A stretch of 64,000 bases of DNA, taken from Bacteroidota bacterium (GTDB lineage: Bacteria > Bacteroidota > Bacteroidia > UKL13-3). The notes beneath the pieces are model-generated. The model searched no databases and was not told the origin of the DNA. It saw only the letters and a list, made by a program, of their open reading frames with translations. This document shows, piece after piece, positions 52,001-61,859 of the stretch. The translations under genes and the position numbers were made by a program. Where the stretch lies: assembly GCA_025359805.1 (NCBI GenBank), contig JANYDU010000046.1, positions 20,900-84,899 on the forward strand. Reading direction: 5' to 3'. Numbering within the stretch: position 1 is the stretch's first letter; each line of letters starts with the position of its first letter.

Positions 52001-53073
52001 TATACAAATTTGGTAAGTCCTATTTCTTTTCCTTTTGAATCTTTTGGTCCTTGAAAAAAATTTACCCCAATACTTGGAGGGTTTAATCCATATCCTAAAA
52101 TACCTGGATCATTATCTTCTCCATTATAACAAATTCCCAAATTTCTTGTTACATCACACTCAACATAATCATCAGAATAATTTCCCAAATCAGGATCTAC
52201 CCATTGACCAAAAATACAGCTATCAATTTTTTCGGTACTTCTGTTAATTACTTTGGTACGATAAAAAGTCATATTGTTTATTTCATTGTTTGTTGAAAAT
52301 GCAAAGCATTGAGTTTGCAATTCAAGTCCAATAGGAACCCCTTGTGTTTCGGAGTGAATATTTCCCTTATCGTTATAAATCATAAACATCATTTGATCAG
52401 GAATATTTACTGTTACATTTTGTTCAAAAGATGGGTACTCTCCAAGATAGGGTTCATATTTTTTATTATTATTAAAATCTACAAAAGGAGCTAAAAGAGG
52501 AGCTTGTCCTTGGGTAACATCTCCCTCGCAAGGCCAAGTTGCAATATCATCACTTGGGTTACTGAAGTTGTTTGAGTTGTTTCTAAAGTTATCCAAATCC
52601 GTTAGTTTTATACTCCAAATTTTATCATATTTTTTACATGCATCAGCATTAATGGATGCTGTTGCATTTGTTAATGGGCCGGGGTAATAATCGTTACCAT
52701 TTTGTCTGTAAGTTTGAGCTGCAATTCGAATATTATTATTAGTAACTCCTCCAATCCATAAAGCTCCAGAGAATAATGAGTTTTTAGAAACCTGCCCCGG
52801 AAGCACTTTAGGAATTTCGTATTTTGCGTTACTTAAATTCCACCACATATCACCTCCATTTAAAATAGTGGTACGAACATTATTTACATCTAGTGCTCGT
52901 TGTGCAGTTGCTGATGCACAACCCGAACCCATTTTCATTAATATTAATTGAGGATTGTTAGCTGGTTTAATTCCAATGTTTTCTTTTGCTTCAACAATTA
53001 AAGAAGTAAATAACAATGCTGTGGCAATGCACAGTATTTTGAAAATTTGTAATGAAGAATTCAAGCGTTTCAT
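49090..53073 (-). CDS. Large secreted protein with FN3-like region and atypical T9SS-like C-terminal domain
   Basis: Signal peptide; DFNNNKKY Ca-loop-like motif; PPAP...FQGYQVF...YNYFILAY FN3-like segment; CTD IVPNPY...TNLP..CTINIY..DG.LVR...WDL.N...SGIY. Confidence 0.75.
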   Translation of the reverse strand: MKRLNSSLQIFKILCIATALLFTSLIVEAKENIGIKPANNPQLILMKMGSGCASATAQRALDVNNVRTTILNGGDMWWNLSNAKYEIPKVLPGQVSKNSLFSGALWIGGVTNNNIRIAAQTYRQNGNDYYPGPLTNATASINADACKKYDKIWSIKLTDLDNFRNNSNNFSNPSDDIATWPCEGDVTQGQAPLLAPFVDFNNNKKYEPYLGEYPSFEQNVTVNIPDQMMFMIYNDKGNIHSETQGVPIGLELQTQCFAFSTNNEINNMTFYRTKVINRSTEKIDSCIFGQWVDPDLGNYSDDYVECDVTRNLGICYNGEDNDPGILGYGLNPPSIGVNFFQGPKDSKGKEIGLTKFVYYNNDFSQQGNPQRPEHYWGYLNGRWKDATPITYGGNGHGGSDTASFMFPGTTDPAIPKRAEWTERIAGNTPGDRRFLQTAGPFSLLPGAVNTITIGVVWARATTGGATGSFNLLKQASDKAYALFKNNFALITGPPAPKMSIVELNNQLLFTIIPDTTVENFVTSFAGQGVCETRTTYRFQGYQVFQVKLPNIPGDVYDPSQAQLIAQFDINDSVSKVVNKYFDPDLGVYVSKRMVSGANTGIQHSFLINKDFFQSGSNQGLINFQNYNYFILAYSVATTCINDPLQYLESSKTINEDAIHIYTVTPHDPAPRGNGTQINSNFGDGIPVTQYEGVGNGGYSIQLSQQSINQALSSNSLYKSNPRTYLQGSSPVYVKVIDPLSVRAADFVLFMKDSSKSVKKDSALTASQTTWYLRNLTTGETKAAERTIDNQYEQLFPQWGLSININQSISPGDANSLVDLSNGYISSSMVFADDKSKPWLIGVSDEDANYAPYNITNQLNWIRAGLAGKDLSPPFSNAQTSDFGTTSGALDPRKNYGKMINATWSPYALAARFQQVAGSLGSNGPGWSQQPGGTTDNPISDLQSVQVVLTSDKSKWSRCIVLETGEDKNINVGGADKMDVRLAKSVDKNGRTTDNGGLSGATNVDAADYISPTGMGWFPGYAINVETGERLNILFGEDSSLPSENGQDMLWNPTENVASYNRGGSPIFGGKHFIYVMGVKKFSLSNGSIKYTPTRYDACKNYSALMGDLLNQSDANGNLSAPLAYITRKRVFYSQALYTSIPTVSNSTVLKSVYDGIIPSDVTISINVKRPYASYQLGGYKDLSGQLTPPDTATNHGLPYYTFSTKGFAAQTNEQFAKKALDIVNIVPNPYYAFSTYEDPGNALDTRIKITNLPKRCTINIYSIDGVLVRSIKRDDGTKTYEEWDLKNDAKVPIVSGIYLIHIYATDLGEERMLKWYGVMRPADYDSF

Positions 53074-53104
53074 TTGTTATGTGTTTATTCTTGTTATGAA
53101 AAAA

Positions 53105-56100
53105 TTAAAATGTTACTGATATACCTAAACGTGTAAGCCTTGGTAAGGCAAAATTGGTAGGATTTACAACCTTCACATTATACAAGTCAGCAAACGACTG
53201 CGCACTGGTTGCACTCTTAATTGCTGCGTTTGCTTGTGGCGAACTTAAATATCCATCACTATACGCAGAGCCTGTGTATTGGTAAACACTTAGCACATTA
53301 TCTGCATTAAAAATATTTTGAATTTCAAGGTATATACGTAATCTATAAAATGTTGTTTTACCTTCAAGACTTTCACTTTTTATGGTAAAGTATTTATCAA
53401 TATTTATATCTGTATAAAATTGTGATGGCAGATTTGCTCCGTTAATTGTTCCTTTAACTTGGCTACGTGAGGCAACTCCATCTTGTGCAGTTGTAATAGG
53501 TTGAATAATTTGTGTATATGGTCTACCCGATGACGAATTGAAAATTAAGTTAAAGCCTGCATTTTCAAATATTTTCTTTCCACCAACAATAGGTCCATCA
53601 TAAAACTTTCCTTCTTTGTAATGATAATCAAATACGCCTTTTAAAATATGGCGGGTATCAAAATTTGAAGGAAAAATATTTCTTTGTTGCGATAATCCAG
53701 ACTGAATTAATGATGCACTTGAACTGATATTTGAACCCGTTGCTTCGGCAAATTGTAAAGTATAATTTGCTGTTAAATTTACATTTCCCAGCTCTCTTAA
53801 CGTGTATTCAAGTCTAACACTTTTTACTGTTGAAAAATCAATATTTCCATAGGTAGTATAATCATAAGGCCAAGCTTGAGTGTATCTGTATTGTTGAAGT
53901 AAATTACGGAACTCACGATATGAACCAATGATTCCCAAACTCGCATCATCACCAATTTGTTGGCGGAAACCAATTTCAAAATCTGTTACTTGAGTCATTT
54001 TCAAATCAGGATTTCCAATAACAGCACCTTGCCTATTACTCATATAATAATAATCATCAAACTGTGCAATATTAGCTCCTTGTGTTGGGCGTTGCGCCAA
54101 TACATCATAAGTACCAAAAAATTGAGCCGTTGTGGATATAGGAAAAGAGAACCAAATACGTGGTAAAAATTTTACATCTGGAGTATAATTTTTAAATGAA
54201 GCTGCATCTGGATTTTTTTGCCCTGCATTAACAAGATAAGGGGTATTACGAGAAATTTGAGAACCATTTGCTACTGAGTTTTTGAAAAGTGTTTGAGGAT
54301 CTGTTACTGGATTTCCATTTGCATCAAACCAATCATTTCCATTTCTAAATCCCGAAATATGAGTTTGTCCTTGAGTTTGCTTTTCGTTATCAATATAAAC
54401 AGCATAACCATCGCCAATATTAGAAGGAATACTTGATGCAAGATTCAATGCATCGTTTCTTTTTACATCACCAACAGAATAAATTGGAGCCAATGAATAT
54501 GGATCTTTTAATACTTGTTGATTAGCATCATAACGCTCCATACGCATACCTAAACGAACAATCAAATCTTTAAATACAAATTTATCTTGCACCCAAGCTG
54601 CCATATAAATTGGTTGAAACGCTCCAAGCGGGCGAAGTTGTTTATCCTGTAAAAATTTATCAATGCTTTGTTTGCCATCCACTCTATTGCCTAAATAATC
54701 ATACCCATAATAATTAACATATGAGTTTCCATTATTTAATAACTCATCGGCATTAAACATCTTTAATGAATACGTGCTTGGATTGTATAAGTTCACATCC
54801 AATTTTGTTTCATTGGTAATTGGATTCCCATAAACATCTGTAGCACCTTGAGCCATTAATTGTGTACGTAAATTTTTATCAAAATTACTTTGATTGGCTT
54901 CTACAATATAAGGATGAAATTTTACTGTATCTTGAAAAACGCCATTGGCATTAAAATTTAAAATAGCTTTATCTGGTGATAAACTATCTGTAAATTGTTG
55001 GTTTGTTAATTGTCTCATCAACAACCATAATGTATTCGCATTTAAAGAATAACCTCTTTGAAATTGTTGCTCATAAGTAAATCCAAATTGTAAATCGTGA
55101 CGGGCTTTTGGATTGGTACCAACACTTGCTTCACTCATTACATATAACGAGTATGTTTCGTTCATTTGTTTACTATAATTGGCTTGCAATGCTCCAGCAT
55201 TATTCCACATATATGAATACACACCAGTTGGTTCATATCCATTAAGCAAACCACCTTGTTGAGTAATTTCACTCAAACTTCTAATTGGTAAATTATTTTT
55301 ATTGTAATAATCAAATATGGTTCGGGTATAATTTCCTTTTACAGTATTAATATCTGCTTGTTGAAAAGTGGTAAGCGTATCTGTTTGTGTTGATCTTTGT
55401 TTCCAATAATTTGTTAAATATACATAAGCCGAATCTCCGTTTTTAGTTTTGTAACCATATCTATCAGCAGGTTCACCAGTAGTAGTAAAACTCTTTTGTA
55501 TTCTATCATAAGTTGAAGTAGAGTATGTACTAAACTTACCAATATAGCCATAGTTAAAAAAATCCTCACCGTAATCAGCACTTTTTGATTCTTGATAATA
55601 TCTCTCATAAGAAAGCCTTACAGTATAAAACGCATTGGATATGAATGCCTTTTTCGCTTCTTCATCAGTTTTTTTAGTAAAGGTTTGTGTAAACTGAACG
55701 TAAGGTCTAACGGTTACAAAAGTACTTAGCGCATTGTTTGATGAGTTAAGTAATGAGTTGGAATAATTTGCTGCATTAAATGCACCACGCCCGCTTTGAT
55801 AATTAGCTTGGTAACCAAACTTTACATTGATATTGTTTGCAGGTGAATAAGTAAAACTTCCTGATAAATTATAGTTTTGTTGAGCAACATTTTGTCTGTA
55901 AGGTATTTTTTGTAAATCATTTTGAGTGAGATATTCGGCAGAGTTTACAAATCCTCCAGTTGCACTTTTTGTTAACGGTTGATATTCTATTTGACGCAAT
56001 ACTTCCGGTTTTACTTGATATAAATCTGTTACTGATAAACGTGGATCACGAGTATATGTACCAGTTCCAGCAATAGAAAATCCAAATAATACCCTTTCTG

Positions 56101-56917
56101 TATTTTGTTTTCCTTTGTTTATAATTTTAATTGGTCCTGCAATAAATGCTTGTAATTCGTTAGACTGTGAATTGTCTAAATAACCGTAAAACGGACTTGA
56201 AGTTCTGTATTCAAAAAAACGTTGAAAGATTTTTGAAGGTGATTTTGTAGAAATAGCAATCGCTCCACCAATAAAATCTCCATATTGAGCTGGTGTTCCA
56301 CCAGTAATAATAGTTACCTGATCAATAGCTCCTTGAGGAATTCCACTTTGACCATTTACTCGCACACCATCCACATAATAAGCGGTACCATCAGAGCGAG
56401 CTCCTCTAAAATTTGGTGTTCCTCCAGCTCTTGCATCCACTCCAGCAAATGTATTGGCAATCATATTTGGATTACGTTGTGGCAAACGCATTACTTCTTT
56501 TGCTGTAACCGTACCCCCTCCTTTTCCTTCTGGATCCACTAATGGCTTTTTACGAATCACTGTCACTTCAATTAAATTAGTCCCATTTTCATTGGATTCC
56601 AAATTGATATTTTGAAATGTGGTTACATCACTCACAATATCCACATCAGTAATCACAGAATTTCTATACCCAACAGATGTAACCTTAATTTCATATTCAC
56701 CGGGCTGAAGTGTTTTTATAACATAATTTCCATCGTCATCTGTAATGGCTGTTGCTTTTAATATTCCGTTAAGGAATAAACTAACACTAACAAAATCCAT
56801 GGGCTTTTTTGTTTTAGCATCAATTACTTTACCACGTAATTCTCCTAACTGAGATTGTGCATTAGCTAATAAACAAAAACCTAAAAATGCGAATAGTAAA
56901 CTGTATATTTTTTTCAT
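53105..56917 (-). CDS. TonB-dependent transporter with carboxypeptidase-regulatory-like N-domain
   Basis: GKVIDAKT...TDDDGNY domain; TonB-box-like IEVTV; plug RGAR..GTAYYVDG...ITGGTPAQYGD..GG; GNPDL; C-terminal PRLTRLGISVTF. Confidence 0.88.
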   Translation of the reverse strand: MKKIYSLLFAFLGFCLLANAQSQLGELRGKVIDAKTKKPMDFVSVSLFLNGILKATAITDDDGNYVIKTLQPGEYEIKVTSVGYRNSVITDVDIVSDVTTFQNINLESNENGTNLIEVTVIRKKPLVDPEGKGGGTVTAKEVMRLPQRNPNMIANTFAGVDARAGGTPNFRGARSDGTAYYVDGVRVNGQSGIPQGAIDQVTIITGGTPAQYGDFIGGAIAISTKSPSKIFQRFFEYRTSSPFYGYLDNSQSNELQAFIAGPIKIINKGKQNTERVLFGFSIAGTGTYTRDPRLSVTDLYQVKPEVLRQIEYQPLTKSATGGFVNSAEYLTQNDLQKIPYRQNVAQQNYNLSGSFTYSPANNINVKFGYQANYQSGRGAFNAANYSNSLLNSSNNALSTFVTVRPYVQFTQTFTKKTDEEAKKAFISNAFYTVRLSYERYYQESKSADYGEDFFNYGYIGKFSTYSTSTYDRIQKSFTTTGEPADRYGYKTKNGDSAYVYLTNYWKQRSTQTDTLTTFQQADINTVKGNYTRTIFDYYNKNNLPIRSLSEITQQGGLLNGYEPTGVYSYMWNNAGALQANYSKQMNETYSLYVMSEASVGTNPKARHDLQFGFTYEQQFQRGYSLNANTLWLLMRQLTNQQFTDSLSPDKAILNFNANGVFQDTVKFHPYIVEANQSNFDKNLRTQLMAQGATDVYGNPITNETKLDVNLYNPSTYSLKMFNADELLNNGNSYVNYYGYDYLGNRVDGKQSIDKFLQDKQLRPLGAFQPIYMAAWVQDKFVFKDLIVRLGMRMERYDANQQVLKDPYSLAPIYSVGDVKRNDALNLASSIPSNIGDGYAVYIDNEKQTQGQTHISGFRNGNDWFDANGNPVTDPQTLFKNSVANGSQISRNTPYLVNAGQKNPDAASFKNYTPDVKFLPRIWFSFPISTTAQFFGTYDVLAQRPTQGANIAQFDDYYYMSNRQGAVIGNPDLKMTQVTDFEIGFRQQIGDDASLGIIGSYREFRNLLQQYRYTQAWPYDYTTYGNIDFSTVKSVRLEYTLRELGNVNLTANYTLQFAEATGSNISSSASLIQSGLSQQRNIFPSNFDTRHILKGVFDYHYKEGKFYDGPIVGGKKIFENAGFNLIFNSSSGRPYTQIIQPITTAQDGVASRSQVKGTINGANLPSQFYTDINIDKYFTIKSESLEGKTTFYRLRIYLEIQNIFNADNVLSVYQYTGSAYSDGYLSSPQANAAIKSATSAQSFADLYNVKVVNPTNFALPRLTRLGISVTF

Positions 56918-57027
56918 TAAACTATGATTTACGAATTGGCGTATTAAAATTATGAATTGGTAAATTAAATTAAATTAGATTAATTAATCAAAATTTAACG
57001 TGTAATAAAATTTCCCCAATCCATTTG

Positions 57028-57960
57028 TTATTCATTTAACTCTTTTATTTTTTGTAATAAAACGGTAGATATTTTTTTGTAGGACTCTGATGTCCAACCT
57101 CCAACATGTGGTGTTAACACCGTTTGTGATGAGGTTTTAAAATATTCAAAAATATTTTTTTCTGCTTCGTTCATGGTGCTTAATTTTTCGTTTTCGAGAA
57201 CATCCAATGCCGAAGCAAGTATTTTTCCACTTTTCATTGCCTCCATTAAATCCTCCAACTTTACAATTTTCCCTCTCGATAAATTCAGTAAAAAAATATT
57301 TTTCCTGAACTTATTTAAGAACTCTTTATTCGCTAAAAATTTAGTTTCATTTGTTAAAGGAATATGAAAAGATATAACATCAGCGTGTTCAAAAATTTCA
57401 TCCATCGTTACTTCCGAAACAAATTCATCAGCAAAATTTTTTAAATATTTATCATACGCTAAAACTTTCACATCAAACCCAGATAATTTTTTTGCAACTG
57501 ATTTCCCTGTATTTCCGTAGCCAATAATTCCAATTGTTTTTCCATTTAATTCCACTCCCCTATTTCCTTCTCTATCCCAAATTAGTTTTCTTACTTCATC
57601 ATCTGCTTTAATAATATTGGCAAATAAACACAACATCATTCCTATCGTTTGTTCGCCCACTGCATCAGCATTTGCTTCACCTGCGTTAAAATATTTTATT
57701 CCATTTTCGTCACAATAATCAGTATCAATATTATCAACTCCAGAACCGGCACGTGCTATAAATTTAAGGTTGATTGCTTTACAAAGAACATCTTTATCAA
57801 TTTGAGTTTTAGTGCGCACCACTAAACCTTCGTACTTATCTATTTCTGTTAACAAATCGGCTCTTGCTGCATTGGGTTTATAATTTATTTCATAACCAAG
57901 TTTAAGCAATCCATTTGTTAAAATTTCATGCACATCATCAATAATAAAAATTCTTTTCAT
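57028..57960 (-). CDS. D-isomer-specific 2-hydroxyacid dehydrogenase (SerA-like)
   Basis: RAGSGVDNID, GIIGYGNTG, NLSRG, LDVLENE, TPHVGG. ATG at 57960. Confidence 0.9.
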   Translation of the reverse strand: MKRIFIIDDVHEILTNGLLKLGYEINYKPNAARADLLTEIDKYEGLVVRTKTQIDKDVLCKAINLKFIARAGSGVDNIDTDYCDENGIKYFNAGEANADAVGEQTIGMMLCLFANIIKADDEVRKLIWDREGNRGVELNGKTIGIIGYGNTGKSVAKKLSGFDVKVLAYDKYLKNFADEFVSEVTMDEIFEHADVISFHIPLTNETKFLANKEFLNKFRKNIFLLNLSRGKIVKLEDLMEAMKSGKILASALDVLENEKLSTMNEAEKNIFEYFKTSSQTVLTPHVGGWTSESYKKISTVLLQKIKELNE

Positions 57961-58043
57961 CAAACCGTTTATGTAAAAAATTTGGTGCACGAGTTTAATA
58001 CAATAGTTCAATAAAAAATAAAATTGGTTGCACCAACAAGAAT

Positions 58044-58071
58044 TAGTGAGCAGTGAGGAGTGAGAAGTGAG
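58044..58071. repeat. Tandem heptamer repeat (NAGTGAG)x4
   Basis: TAGTGAG CAGTGAG GAGTGAG AAGTGAG in the mgtE-dehydrogenase spacer. Confidence 0.7.
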
Positions 58072-58106
58072 TTTTAAACTATGTACCCTGAACTAAAAAC
58101 TATCAA

Positions 58107-59459
58107 CTAATAAAGCATTCGCCCAACGCTAAAGTAAATAGCTAATCCTAATAAATCATTTGTGGTGGTGATAAAAGGGCCGGTGGCAATAGCAGGATCT
58201 ATTTTCATTTTATTTAAAACCAAGGGTATAAATGTGCCGAGTACTGATGCAAAAACTATCACTGTAATTAATGCAACACTCACCGTAATTGCCAAATCAA
58301 ATGAATCAGAAAAAAACATGTTGTACGCAAAAATAAGTGCCGAACAAATAATTCCGTTTAACATTCCTACACGTAATTCTTTTAAAATTTTAGGCATAAT
58401 ATTTTTTGTACCCAATGTATTATTTGCTAAACCTTGAACCACAATTGCAGATGATTGCACTCCGGCATTTCCTCCCATAGCGGCAATGAGCGGAATAAAA
58501 AAAGCCATCTCGGGATGTATTTGAATTTGATCTTCATATACCGCAATAAAACGCGATGAAGCAATTCCTCCCAATAAACCAATTAGCAGCCAAGGCAACC
58601 GTGCACGCGAAAGCACCCAAACTTTATCTGTTGAATCTACATCTTCAGTAATACCACTCATCAACTGGTAATCTTCGTTGGCTTCTTCTTCAATTACTTC
58701 CACCACATCATCCACAGTAATTCTTCCCACCAATTGCCCAAGTGCATTTACAACAGGCAGCACTACCATATCATACTTCTTAAATAGGTTTGCAATTTCT
58801 TGTGAGTCGGTTGAAGTGGAAACAGAAATAACTTGCTTGTTAAATACTTCTTCAATTTTTAATTCGGGTTTGGAGAGGATTAAATTTTTTAGTGTGATGA
58901 TGCCAACCAAACGTTCAAATTCATCAACAACATAAACTACATAAATCGTTTCTACGTTTTCCGCCTGCCGTCTTATTTCTTCAATACATTGTGCAACCGT
59001 CCAACTGATATTTGCTTTCACTAATTCAACAGCCATCAAACTTCCTGCTGTATATTCCTCATAATTTAATAAAGAAAGTAAGCTTGATGCAAACTCAATA
59101 TCTGTTAAATTACCAATCACATCTTCTTGTTCTTTGGTATGAAGATGTCCGAGTACATAAGCCGCATCATCAGAATCCATATTCTGAATAAACTGATCGG
59201 CAATTTCTTTTGTAGAGTATGCCGAAAGAAAATGTGCTCTAACACTTTCTTCCATTTCAACCAATACTTTTACTATTTGTTCTTTAGGCACATTGCTCAT
59301 TACATAACGAGCTTCTTCATTATCTAATTTATCAAGCAGTTCGGCAATATCCTGAGGGTAGATAGTTTGCAAAAGCTCACCAAGCGCTGTTGAATTTTGT
59401 TCACCAACGAGTTGTTTTACATTTTTTACAAAAGCAATATCAACCGATATGTTCTCCAT
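58107..59459 (-). CDS. mgtE: Magnesium transporter MgtE
   Basis: N-domain, CBS pair, RLPWL, MGGNAGVQ, DPAIATGPFITTTND. Confidence 0.97.
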   Translation of the reverse strand: MENISVDIAFVKNVKQLVGEQNSTALGELLQTIYPQDIAELLDKLDNEEARYVMSNVPKEQIVKVLVEMEESVRAHFLSAYSTKEIADQFIQNMDSDDAAYVLGHLHTKEQEDVIGNLTDIEFASSLLSLLNYEEYTAGSLMAVELVKANISWTVAQCIEEIRRQAENVETIYVVYVVDEFERLVGIITLKNLILSKPELKIEEVFNKQVISVSTSTDSQEIANLFKKYDMVVLPVVNALGQLVGRITVDDVVEVIEEEANEDYQLMSGITEDVDSTDKVWVLSRARLPWLLIGLLGGIASSRFIAVYEDQIQIHPEMAFFIPLIAAMGGNAGVQSSAIVVQGLANNTLGTKNIMPKILKELRVGMLNGIICSALIFAYNMFFSDSFDLAITVSVALITVIVFASVLGTFIPLVLNKMKIDPAIATGPFITTTNDLLGLAIYFSVGRMLY

Positions 59460-60273
59460 GTTGCATAACCAAATGAGTGAGCGTTACAAAATTTTCTACC
59501 GATAATTCTTCGGCACGTTTATCCGAAAAGCCACTGGCCTGCAATATTTCATCTTTAATATGAAATTGTTGTAAAGCATTTCGTAATTTTTTTCTACGTT
59601 GATTAAATCCAGCCTTCACCACTTTAAATAACATTTTTTCGGGCACATCAAAATCAGTTGTTCTGCGCTTCAACCTAATTACTCCAGATTTTACTTTTGG
59701 TGGCGGATCAAAAACAGTTTCACTTACTGTAAATAAATATTCTACATCATAATAAGCCTGAGTAAGCACACTTAAAATTCCATACTCTTTGCTCCGTGGA
59801 TTGGCACTAAAACGTTCTCCTACTTCTTTTTGAAACATACCAACCATTAATGGAATTTGATTTTTATTTTCGATGATTTTAAAAACTATTTGGGATGAAA
59901 TATTGTAAGGGAAATTTCCAATTAACGAAAAAGGCTCTTTAAACAAATCCGCTAAATTCAAATGCAAAAAATCGCCTTCAATTAATTTATTTTCTAATGC
60001 GGGAAAATGTTCCTTAAGCCATACTATAGATTCTTTATCAATATCAATAGCATGCGTTTCAAAAGTTTTTTGTTCTAATAAATATTTGGTAAGCACACCC
60101 ATTCCTGGTCCAATTTCCAATACCACATTTGTTTTACATTCATCCGTAAAAGCCTTAACTATATTATAAGCAATGCCTTCGTCTTTTAAAAAATGCTGAC
60201 CCAAATGTTTTTTAGCACGCACTTTATCCCTTTTTTCGGGCTTCACATTTTCTGTTTGAAACAAGTTTTTCAT
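59440..60273 (-). CDS. rsmA: 16S rRNA m6(2)A dimethyltransferase KsgA
   Basis: KKHLGQHFL, EIGPGMG, GNFPYNIS, PPPKVKS, QRRK. Confidence 0.97.
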   Translation of the reverse strand: MKNLFQTENVKPEKRDKVRAKKHLGQHFLKDEGIAYNIVKAFTDECKTNVVLEIGPGMGVLTKYLLEQKTFETHAIDIDKESIVWLKEHFPALENKLIEGDFLHLNLADLFKEPFSLIGNFPYNISSQIVFKIIENKNQIPLMVGMFQKEVGERFSANPRSKEYGILSVLTQAYYDVEYLFTVSETVFDPPPKVKSGVIRLKRRTTDFDVPEKMLFKVVKAGFNQRRKKLRNALQQFHIKDEILQASGFSDKRAEELSVENFVTLTHLVMQHGEHIG

Positions 60274-60371
60274 TACCCTGCAAATAGAATGAATTTTTTG
60301 GATTAATAAGACTTCCTTTGATTAGCACATGAATCAAAATTTCATAGATTTGCGAGCACAAAAAAAACACA

Positions 60372-61814
60372 ATGACGATACAAGTAAAATTATCAACCAA
60401 AACAGACCATACTATTTCAACCCTGTTTTTAGCTAATAAAAAAACAAAATGGGATTCACTCGGCTTAGATAAAAAAGAGATTGATTATATAGATAAAAAA
60501 ATAAAAGCTGATGAAAAATTTATCACCATCAATCAATTTACACGAATAGTTTTTATTCAGTTGATGGAAGAGTTTGATAAAAAAGAAAACCATCAAAAAT
60601 TAGAAGGTTTACGTGGCGTTGGACATAAAACTTGCACAACTCTTAATGCTCATAAATATGCAACTATTCAACTTACTTCTGTAAATGATTTGAAAGACGA
60701 ATTGCTTGCTGTTGCTGAAGGTTGCGCACTTAGCAATTACCAATTTTTAAAATATAGAACAGACAAAAAAGAGACCAATACAGTAAAAGAAATTCAACTC
60801 ATTAGTAAAAATATTACTAAGCGTGACGTTGAATTATTGAACATCACAATTGAAGCCGTTTGTAAAGCTCGTGATTTAGTTAATGAACCTCAATCTTATT
60901 TGGATGCAGTAACTTTTGCCAACGAAATGAAAGGCATGGGAAAACTTGCTGGCTTTAAAGTAGAAGTACTTAATAAAAAACAAATTGAAGCCTTAAAAAT
61001 GGGCGGACTACTTTCGGTAAATTTAGGAAGTAAAACACCTCCAACTTTTACCATTATGGAATGGAAACCAACAAAAGCAAAAAATAAAAAGCCATTGGTT
61101 TTAGTTGGTAAAGGTGTGGTGTATGATACGGGTGGATTAAGTTTAAAACCAACTCCAAACAGCATGGATACTATGAAGTGTGATATGGCTGGAGGAGCTG
61201 CTGTGGCTGCAAGTATGTATGCTATTGCCAAATCAAATTTACCGTATCATGTTATTGCATTAGTGCCCGCAACGGATAATCGTCCGGGCGAAAATGCTTA
61301 TACACCAGGCGATGTTATTACCATGTATGATGGAAAAACCGTGGAGGTTTTGAACACCGATGCCGAAGGACGAATGTTATTGGCTGATGCATTATCATAC
61401 GCAAAAAAATATAATCCTGAATTGGTGTTGGACTTTGCTACATTAACTGGAGCTGCTGCTGCTGCCATTGGTCAATATGGAATTGTGTGCATGGGAACAG
61501 CAACCGAAAAACAAAAATCAACATTAAAAGAAAGTGGTAATAATGTGTATGAACGTTTGGTTGAATTCCCTTTTTGGGATGAATATGCAAAACTTATTAA
61601 AAGTGATATTGCCGATATGAAAAATATTGGAGGTCCGGTTGCAGGAGCAATTACTGCTGGAAAATTTTTAGAAAAATATACCAATTATAATTGGATGCAC
61701 TTTGATATTGCAGGTCCAGCTTTTATTAACAATAACGATTCGTACCGAGGAAAAAATGCAACAGGAGTTGCTGTAAGATTGATATTTGATTACGTTAAAA
61801 ATTTAGCGAAATAA
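60372..61814 (+). CDS. pepA: Leucyl aminopeptidase (M17)
   Basis: GKGVVYDTGG, MKCDMAG, NTDAEGR, ATLTGA, HFDIAG. Confidence 0.93.
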   Translation: MTIQVKLSTKTDHTISTLFLANKKTKWDSLGLDKKEIDYIDKKIKADEKFITINQFTRIVFIQLMEEFDKKENHQKLEGLRGVGHKTCTTLNAHKYATIQLTSVNDLKDELLAVAEGCALSNYQFLKYRTDKKETNTVKEIQLISKNITKRDVELLNITIEAVCKARDLVNEPQSYLDAVTFANEMKGMGKLAGFKVEVLNKKQIEALKMGGLLSVNLGSKTPPTFTIMEWKPTKAKNKKPLVLVGKGVVYDTGGLSLKPTPNSMDTMKCDMAGGAAVAASMYAIAKSNLPYHVIALVPATDNRPGENAYTPGDVITMYDGKTVEVLNTDAEGRMLLADALSYAKKYNPELVLDFATLTGAAAAAIGQYGIVCMGTATEKQKSTLKESGNNVYERLVEFPFWDEYAKLIKSDIADMKNIGGPVAGAITAGKFLEKYTNYNWMHFDIAGPAFINNNDSYRGKNATGVAVRLIFDYVKNLAK

Positions 61815-61859
61815 CGCAATTACATAATTTCGTATTTATAAAATTACGATATAAAAAAC

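Noticed and set aside
59440-59520. Possible Mg-sensing riboswitch upstream of mgtE
   Set aside because: mgtE overlaps the rsmA 3' end, leaving no leader.
60271-60290. Possible leaderless rsmA transcript (TCTATTTG 7 nt before the ATG)
   Set aside because: The box mismatches the conserved TA of the -7 element; too weak without TSS data.
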